DNA from: Paracoccaceae bacterium
Lineage (GTDB): Bacteria; Pseudomonadota; Alphaproteobacteria; Rhodobacterales; Rhodobacteraceae
Reading direction: 5' to 3'
Assembly: GCA_007128135.1 (NCBI GenBank)
Contig: SKYA01000028.1
Location: forward strand, 1,136-65,135
DNA: 64,000 nt
The position numbers were made by a program, and so were the translations under genes. The notes beneath the pieces were generated by a model. The model worked only from the letters and a program-made list of their open reading frames with translations, did not search any database and was not told the origin of the DNA. This document shows positions 58,825-64,000 of the stretch, in pieces (within the stretch, counting starts at the first letter, position 1; each line of letters starts with the position of its first letter).

Positions 58825-59450
58825 TTCAGCAACCTCGGACCCGCCAGCCCGCCTGCCAGAGCAACCATCAGGATTGCCGCTGAATAGGCGGGAAGGGAAA
58901 ACAGTGCTGCGTCCTGGTCGCAGTAAAGTGAGTAGATCGCAGCGGCCAACCCGCCCGCCATCAGGCCGCCAGCGGCGCCGGTGAGCCGAGGCTGCAGTGC
59001 TGCTCCTGCCGAGAGTGCCCACAGCACCGCGGCAAGCAGTGGCAGCGCAAGCGCCGGGATTGACGCCAGACAGGTCAGCAGCGCAGGCGTGCCCAGCGCA
59101 GCCGCCAGCCCTGTCAGTCCGTCGCGTGCAAGGGCCAGGGCAAATCCTGCAACCAGAAGGGCAATGAACAGCCCCGTCAACCAGAAGCGTCGCTGCCAGC
59201 GCTGGCCCGGATGTGACAGGGCAAAGGCCAGCGCGCCCGCGACGATAACCAGACCCGAAGGCACAAGGGTCTTTCCCGCAACGGGCGAGGTCAGTGCCGC
59301 GGTCAGATCGGGCCTGAGGCCCCAGAACAGCACAAACAGCATCAGCGAGACCCCAATGGCCAGCGGCAGGGACCGCATCATGCGCTGCGCGACTGTTGCC
59401 TGCGGCAGGGTATCGGCGGCGAGGACGGCTATCAGGTCATCGGTTTTCAT
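58818..59450 (-). CDS. nrsF: Anti-sigma-F factor NrsF (DUF1109 family, polytopic membrane protein)
   Basis: MKTDDLIAVLAAD N-terminus typical of DUF1109 and six predicted TM segments. ATGA overlap with the upstream ECF sigma gene. Two Cys residues (LLTCLAS, SLYCDQD). Confidence 0.8.
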   Translation of the reverse strand: MKTDDLIAVLAADTLPQATVAQRMMRSLPLAIGVSLMLFVLFWGLRPDLTAALTSPVAGKTLVPSGLVIVAGALAFALSHPGQRWQRRFWLTGLFIALLVAGFALALARDGLTGLAAALGTPALLTCLASIPALALPLLAAVLWALSAGAALQPRLTGAAGGLMAGGLAAAIYSLYCDQDAALFSLPAYSAAILMVALAGGLAGPRLLKW

Positions 59451-59959
59451 TCGATCATCCTTTCGCGAAGCTGCGCGATGCTCTTGAGGGCCCTGTGAAG
59501 GGCCACGCGGACGGCTCCCTCCGACATGTCGAGCCGCCTGGCAGTCTCTGCCGTGGTCTCGCCATACAGTCCAAAGGCGCGTACGATCTCGGCAGCGCGG
59601 GGCTCGAGTGCATCGAGTACCTTCTCCATATCGCGCCCCTGCATCGGATCGGGACCACATTCAACCGCCAGGGCTCCGGCGAATTCGTCGATCGACAGTT
59701 CCACGCGCCGCCCGCGCGCACGGAAGGCGTCCACAACCTTGTGACGGGCTATGGCATAAAGCCAGGGGCGCAGGGGCGCGTCCTCGTGCCATGTGTGGCG
59801 TCTGGTGTGGATGGCGAGCAGGACGTCCTGCAGGATGTCCTCGCAGGTTTCGTGGGTCATATTGTTGCCGCGCCCGCGCACGACCGCACGCAAGGCAGGC
59901 GTGATTGCCTGCAGCAGACGCCTGTATGCCGCAGCATCGCCACGATTGGCGGCACGCAT
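59447..59959 (-). CDS. sigF: ECF-type RNA polymerase sigma factor (SigF-like, paired with NrsF)
   Basis: Region 2 (EDILQDVLLAIH...RPWLYAIARHKVVDAFR) and region 4 (ETTAETARRLDMSEGAVRVALHRA). ATG at 59959 follows the GGGAGGA RBS. The ORF track starts at TTG 59989. Confidence 0.85.
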   Translation of the reverse strand: MRAANRGDAAAYRRLLQAITPALRAVVRGRGNNMTHETCEDILQDVLLAIHTRRHTWHEDAPLRPWLYAIARHKVVDAFRARGRRVELSIDEFAGALAVECGPDPMQGRDMEKVLDALEPRAAEIVRAFGLYGETTAETARRLDMSEGAVRVALHRALKSIAQLRERMIE

Positions 59960-60006
59960 CAAATCCTCCCAGGCTTCAGGGTTTTCCAAACTTCCGCATC
60001 CCCCTG

Positions 60007-60032
60007 TTCGTTCCGCGTAGCTAACTTGTTAC
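60007..60032 (-). promoter_or_regulatory. ECF SigF-type promoter candidate for sigF-nrsF operon (GTAACA-N16-CGAA)
   Basis: The minus strand reads GTAACA (60032-60027), 16 nt, then CGAA (60010-60007). This matches the remembered Caulobacter SigF motif GTAACC-N16-CGAA and lies ~45 nt upstream of the sigF ATG. Confidence 0.5.
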
Positions 60033-60100
60033 AGTCCTAGCACTCTTCGTTTGAGAAAATCCCGATTTACTCACCCCGTTATCACATGGCTGTGAGCCAT

Positions 60101-60126
60101 GTAATTCTGCCGGGGATACAGGCGAA
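60101..60126 (+). promoter_or_regulatory. ECF SigF-type promoter candidate for the bufferin-like operon (GTAATT-N16-CGAA)
   Basis: GTAATT at 60101-60106, a 16-nt spacer, then CGAA at 60123-60126. The geometry is the same as the divergent sigF promoter. It lies ~50 nt upstream of the DUF2282 ATG. Confidence 0.5.
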
Positions 60127-60175
60127 CTGTCTGGCGGGACTGCACTTACGCACCCGCCAACAGGAGAATGTATTC

Positions 60176-60487
60176 ATGTCGACCAAGCACCTTGCTCTGC
60201 CGCTTGCGGCCTCGCTCGCAACTGCGCTCACCCTCGCCGGTGCTCATGCGCACGCCCAGTCGGCCACGATGGAAAAATGCTATGGCATTTCGCTTGCAGG
60301 CGAGAATGACTGCGCCGCCGGCCCCGGCACCACCTGCGCGGGCACATCGACGGTTGACTATCAGGGCAACGCCTGGACGCTGGTTGCGACCGGCACCTGC
60401 ACTGAGATCGAACTGCCCGAGATGGCCGATGGCACAGCGCGCGTCGGATCTCTGGACGAAATCGATCGCGATCTGCCACCGGCCTGA
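60176..60487 (+). CDS. bufA: DUF2282 (BufA1-type) secreted precursor peptide of a bufferin-like RiPP
   Basis: Sec signal peptide [27 protein letters not shown], then [43 protein letters not shown] with four Cys in the DUF2282 pattern. AGGAG RBS 9 nt upstream of ATG 60176. Confidence 0.85.
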   Translation: MSTKHLALPLAASLATALTLAGAHAHAQSATMEKCYGISLAGENDCAAGPGTTCAGTSTVDYQGNAWTLVATGTCTEIELPEMADGTARVGSLDEIDRDLPPA

Positions 60488-60540
60488 TCGCGTCCCGGGG
60501 CGGGCAACAGCCCCGCCCCGATCCCTTGCAGGAGTGGGCC

Positions 60541-61392
60541 ATGACACAGCTACCCGCCACGACCGGTCTGGGCTTCAAGGCGGAACATTTCCGCGACATC
60601 ATGGCCGCCAGGGGCGCCCTGGGGTTTCTTGAGGTCCATGCCGAAAACTACATGGGCGAGGGCGGGGTACCCCATGCCATGCTGGCCGCCCTGCGCGAAG
60701 ACCATGCGCTGTCACTGCATGGTGTGGGTCTTTCGATCGGAGGCGCAGAGGCGCTGGACCGTGATCATCTGGCGCGCCTGCGCGTGCTGATCGACCGCTA
60801 CAGGCCCGAGAGTTTCTCGGAGCATCTGGCATGGTCGAGCCACGGCGCCGCATGGCTGAACGACCTGCTGCCCCTGCCCTATACGGACGAGACCCTGGCG
60901 AGGGTCTGCGCGCATGTCGATCAAGTGCAGGAGACGCTTGGCCGCCGTATGCTGCTGGAGAATCCGGCAACCTATGTCACCTTTGAATGCTCGACCTGGA
61001 CCGAGACCGATTTCCTTGCCGAAATCGTACGGCGCACGGGTTGCGGGCTGCTGCTGGATGTCAACAATGTCTTTGTCTCGGCAACGAACCACCGTTACTG
61101 CCCGCGCGCCTATCTGTCGAGTTTCCCGCGTCATGCCGTGGCCGAAATCCATCTGGCAGGGCATGACACCGAGGAACTGCCCTCCGGCCCGCTGCTGATC
61201 GACAGTCACGGCGCGCCGGTGGCAGACCCGGTCTGGACACTCTACGCCGAGGTCCTGGCGCAGACCGGCCCCCTGCCGACCCTCATCGAATGGGACACCG
61301 ATGTGCCGGAATTCGAGGTTCTGCTGGGCGAGGCCGCCCGCGCGACTGCCCTGCTGGATGCCGTGAAGCAAGGCCATCCCGATGCAGCCTGA
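60541..61392 (+). CDS. bufB: DUF692 / MNIO-family (MbnB-like) multinuclear non-heme iron oxidative enzyme
   Basis: GLGFKAEH..., [55 protein letters not shown] and LIEWD are the characteristic DUF692 TIM-barrel motifs. AGGAG RBS. Confidence 0.85.
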   Translation: MTQLPATTGLGFKAEHFRDIMAARGALGFLEVHAENYMGEGGVPHAMLAALREDHALSLHGVGLSIGGAEALDRDHLARLRVLIDRYRPESFSEHLAWSSHGAAWLNDLLPLPYTDETLARVCAHVDQVQETLGRRMLLENPATYVTFECSTWTETDFLAEIVRRTGCGLLLDVNNVFVSATNHRYCPRAYLSSFPRHAVAEIHLAGHDTEELPSGPLLIDSHGAPVADPVWTLYAEVLAQTGPLPTLIEWDTDVPEFEVLLGEAARATALLDAVKQGHPDAA

Positions 61393-62131
61393 ACCCTCGC
61401 ATGCCGCGCTGCAAGCCCGGTTCCACGCCGCGCTCTGGCAACCCGACCCGCCTCGTGGGCTCGCCGCCGTGGCGCAAGACGAACTCGCGCAACGTTTTGC
61501 CGTCTATCGCAACAATGTCCAGCACAGCCTGACCCGCGCGCTGGCGGCGCGCTTTCCCGTGGTCGAGCAGATCGTGGGGGCGGCCTTCTTCACGGCCATG
61601 GCGCGGGTGTTCATTGCGGCCTCGCCTCCGGCCGACCCGGTCATGCTGCGCTGGGGAGGCGTCCTCCCGGCCTTTCTGGACGGGTTTCCGCCCGCTGCAC
61701 AGCTACCCTATCTCGGTGATGTCGCGCGGTTGGAATACGCTCGCGGTCGCGCCTGTCACGCTGCAGATGCGCCCTCGGTCGCGCCCGAAGCCCTGAATGT
61801 GCCCGGGCTCGAAGACCTGCGATTGCGCCTGCATCCGTCAGTGCATCTTTTTGCCTCGCCGCATCCGGCAGTGCAGATCTGGCAAGCGCATCAGCCAGGC
61901 AGCACTCGTGCCCCGCTCAGGGCGGGGCCGAACCATGCCGTGATTGCGCGCGCGCCCGATTTCGCCGTTGTGGTCGAACCAGTCGATGCCGCCAGTTTCG
62001 CCGTGCTTTCGATGCTGTCGAAGGGCGCGACGCTTGGTCATGCGGCGAGCCAGGCCGACCCCACGCCCGCACTGACGCTGTTGCTGCGCTACGGGCTGAT
62101 TTCCGATGCACTGACAGGAGATATCCAATGA
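61382..62131 (+). CDS. bufC: DUF2063 protein (BufC-type partner of the DUF692 enzyme)
   Basis: [32 protein letters not shown]...FI is the typical DUF2063 N-terminal region. 11-nt overlap with the DUF692 gene. Confidence 0.8.
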   Translation: MQPEPSHAALQARFHAALWQPDPPRGLAAVAQDELAQRFAVYRNNVQHSLTRALAARFPVVEQIVGAAFFTAMARVFIAASPPADPVMLRWGGVLPAFLDGFPPAAQLPYLGDVARLEYARGRACHAADAPSVAPEALNVPGLEDLRLRLHPSVHLFASPHPAVQIWQAHQPGSTRAPLRAGPNHAVIARAPDFAVVVEPVDAASFAVLSMLSKGATLGHAASQADPTPALTLLLRYGLISDALTGDIQ

Positions 62132-62616
62132 CGCATGCCACTGACACAGCCCGGACGGGCCTTGCCACCCGTGTCCGCGATCTGATCCGCCAGTCAAACG
62201 CGCTGGCCAGTCACATCCCGCAGGATCTCGTCACGCTTGCGGCGCGTATCTTCCCGGCGGTTGTCTTCTGGCAATCCGCGCGCACCAAGGTCGATGGCTT
62301 TTCGATAAAGGACTCGACCTGGTTCCTGTTCGAGCATGTCTATGCGCTGCCCCTGATCCCGCCCGCAGTGGCAGCGGTAATGGCCACTATGGCCGAACAT
62401 GTGCTGCCCGTGCTGCTGATCCTTGGTCTGTTTGCGCGCTTCGCCGCGCTGGGTCTGTTGATCATGACGGCGGTCATCCAGTTCCTTGTCTTTCCCGGTG
62501 CCTGGGTGACGCACGGGCTCTGGGCTGCGGCGCTTCTGGTCACGCTCGCTCTGGGGCCGGGGCGGCTGGCACTCGATCATCTGCTGAGGCTTGAGCCTGG
62601 CATATCGAGGGACTGA
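62128..62616 (+). CDS. bufD: DoxX-family integral membrane protein (BufD-type)
   Basis: ~160 aa with four hydrophobic segments and DoxX-like features ([25 protein letters not shown]). ATGA overlap with the DUF2063 gene. Confidence 0.78.
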   Translation: MTHATDTARTGLATRVRDLIRQSNALASHIPQDLVTLAARIFPAVVFWQSARTKVDGFSIKDSTWFLFEHVYALPLIPPAVAAVMATMAEHVLPVLLILGLFARFAALGLLIMTAVIQFLVFPGAWVTHGLWAAALLVTLALGPGRLALDHLLRLEPGISRD

Positions 62617-62805
62617 CCTTCGGCACGGATCAGGCGCGCCTCGATTCTTGCCGGTCGCCGCCGCAGCCCGTTCCGTCAAGCGCGGCCAGGGCTGATGGCG
62701 GAGTCATCACAACGCGTTCCAAGTACTTATTCGCGCTCGCCACCCTTTGGAGCAAGGCAATCCCGGGACACTGACCCGGATCGACAATGGCACTCTTGTA
62801 AAACA

Positions 62806-62881
62806 TGGTGAGCCCGACAGGATTCGAACCTGTGACCCACTGATTAAAAGTCAGTTGCTCTACCAACTGAGCTACGGGCCC
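62806..62881 (-). tRNA. tRNA-Lys (anticodon UUU), CCA encoded
   Basis: The reverse complement folds as a 76-nt cloverleaf. Acceptor GGGCCCG/CGGGCTC, D arm GCTC-AGTTGGTA-GAGC, anticodon arm ACTGA-CTTTTAA-TCAGT, T arm ACAGG-TTCGAAT-CCTGT, then ACCA. Confidence 0.95.
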
Positions 62882-62894
62882 ACGCATGGCTGGC

Positions 62895-62923
62895 TACTTA
62901 GAAAAGCCCTACTCGCTGGTCAA
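62895..62923 (-). promoter_or_regulatory. Sigma70-like promoter candidate for tRNA-Lys (TTGACC-N17-TAAGTA)
   Basis: The minus strand reads TTGACC (62923-62918), 17 nt, then TAAGTA (62900-62895). The -10 element ends 13 nt before the mature tRNA 5' end. Confidence 0.45.
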
Positions 62924-63011
62924 GGGCTAATCTGGTGCAAAGGCGCGCTTTCCCTGTCGGAATGGCAAATGCCGACTGGTCAGCTTGCCCTGGACCCCCT
63001 ATATCGCGCCC

Positions 63012-63845
63012 ATGCTCTGGGAACTCACCCCGCTCGCCTTTGTCAAGATGCATGGCGCAGGCAATGATTTCGTCATGATCGACTCGCGGGTGCGCCCCGG
63101 CGGGGTGATTACGGCCGCGCTCGCACGGGCCATCGGAGATCGTCATCGCGGCGTGGGGTTTGACCAGCTGGCCGAACTGCGCGCTTCGGACAGTGCCGAT
63201 CTGGATCTGGATTTCTGGAATGCCGACGGCTCGCGCGCGGGTGCATGCGGCAATGCCACACGCTGCGTGGCCGCAACCGTAATGGCCGAGAAGGGCGTGG
63301 ACAGGCTCAGCATTCGCACGGCGCGCGGGGTGCTGCACGCCGAGAGGCGTGATGCGCAAGTCTGGGTCAATATGGGCCCGCCTGTGCTTGACTGGCGTGA
63401 GATCCCGCTCGCGCGCAACTGCGATATCGACCACCTGCCCCTGCCCGGAGATCCGGCGGCAGTGGGTATGGGCAATCCGCATTGCGTCCATTTCGTGCCG
63501 GATGCCTGTGCCGCGCCCGTGGCCGCCCGCGGTGCAGAGGTCGAGCATGACCCGCTCTTCCCGCAAGCAACAAATGTCGAGTTTGCCTCGATGATCGGAA
63601 CCGATCATCTGCGCCTGCGGGTATGGGAGCGCGGGACGGGTATCACATTGGCCTGTGGCTCGGGGGCCTGTGCGACGGCGGTGGCGGCGCATCGGCGTGG
63701 GCTTGCAGGTCGGCGCGTGATAATCGAGGCGGATGGCGGGCGGCTGGAAGTTGACTGGCAGGCGGATGGTGTCTGGCTGTCAGGACCAGTTGCGCATGTG
63801 TTCGACGGGGTGCTTTCGCCCGGGTTTCTGGCGGGGTGCCAATGA
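63012..63845 (+). CDS. dapF: Diaminopimelate epimerase
   Basis: [15 protein letters not shown], two catalytic-Cys contexts (GNATRC and ACGSGACA), ~277 aa. ATG at 63012 lies within a TTG-initiated ORF. Confidence 0.9.
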   Translation: MLWELTPLAFVKMHGAGNDFVMIDSRVRPGGVITAALARAIGDRHRGVGFDQLAELRASDSADLDLDFWNADGSRAGACGNATRCVAATVMAEKGVDRLSIRTARGVLHAERRDAQVWVNMGPPVLDWREIPLARNCDIDHLPLPGDPAAVGMGNPHCVHFVPDACAAPVAARGAEVEHDPLFPQATNVEFASMIGTDHLRLRVWERGTGITLACGSGACATAVAAHRRGLAGRRVIIEADGGRLEVDWQADGVWLSGPVAHVFDGVLSPGFLAGCQ

Positions 63846-64000
63846 CCGCGCCGCGCTTCACCACCTTGGGGTGCCGTCTCAACGCCTATGAGACCGAGGC
63901 AATGAAGGCGATGGCAGAGGCTGCCGGGCTTCGCGAGGCGCTGGTGGTCAATACCTGCGCCGTCACCGCCGAAGCCGTGCGCAAGGCGCGTCAGGAAATC
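63842..64000 (+). CDS. Radical-SAM methylthiotransferase (MtaB/MiaB-like), N-terminal 53 codons; continues past window
   Basis: [18 protein letters not shown]...[19 protein letters not shown] is the UPF0004 N-terminal domain of the MiaB/MtaB family. ATGA overlap with dapF. Confidence 0.75.
   Translation, partial: MTAPRFTTLGCRLNAYETEAMKAMAEAAGLREALVVNTCAVTAEAVRKARQEI

Noticed and set aside
62630-62887. 85-aa minus-strand ORF (MRGPVAQLVEQLTFNQWVTGSNPVG...)
   Set aside because: It is the classic spurious translation through a tRNA gene. The region folds into a perfect tRNA-Lys cloverleaf.

Overview
High-GC, densely coding alphaproteobacterial chromosome segment. Gene content (DnaK/DnaJ, SecA, MipZ, TRAP transporter, paa genes, alpha-type flagellar genes) looks Rhodobacteraceae-like. 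No rRNA, CRISPR array, IS element, integrase or prophage genes were recognised. Modules in order: (1) the end of a sarcosine oxidase operon (soxA 3' part, soxG) plus a DUF985 cupin. (2) rplS-rpmE behind a long leader. (3) mipZ. (4) a dctPQM TRAP transporter divergent from paaX. (5) a phenylacetate catabolic block, paaJ-paaABCDE, an extra PaaA/C-like gene, and paaZ. (6) an SLT lipoprotein and a five-gene flagellar block, motB-flgE-flgK-flgL-flgI. (7) a dimethylglycine-dehydrogenase-like gene and an M3 peptidase (dcp). (8) an eRF1/Pelota-like (baeRF-type) orphan gene divergent from dnaK-dnaJ. (9) small exported proteins, radC, secA, a parvulin PPIase, argJ and mutT. (10) an enoyl-CoA hydratase / PaaH-type dehydrogenase pair, a DAO-family oxidoreductase and a LysR regulator. 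These are divergent from a tightly coupled five-gene operon: two DMGDH-like FAD/GcvT enzymes, a non-pyrrolysine MttB-family methyltransferase, an aldehyde dehydrogenase and a beta-hydroxyacid dehydrogenase. (11) a metal-stress neighbourhood. It holds chrA, then an ECF sigF-nrsF operon extended by a membrane-anchored protein and a DUF3179 protein. Divergent from that operon is a DUF2282-DUF692-DUF2063-DoxX operon. (12) tRNA-Lys(UUU), dapF and the start of an mtaB-like gene. The most interesting system is the DUF2282/DUF692/DUF2063/DoxX cluster (60176-62616). It has the architecture of the recently characterised bufferin / gig RiPP metallophore operons. It sits back-to-back with its probable SigF/NrsF regulator, and two matching GTAAnn-N16-CGAA ECF-type promoters lie in the shared intergenic region. 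Second-tier items are the MttB-family/DMGDH-like operon with no corrinoid partner, the baeRF-like orphan, an extra ferritin-like Paa paralog, and an insertion in the DctM permease. All family assignments come from reading the translated ORFs and recalling motifs. No searches were run.
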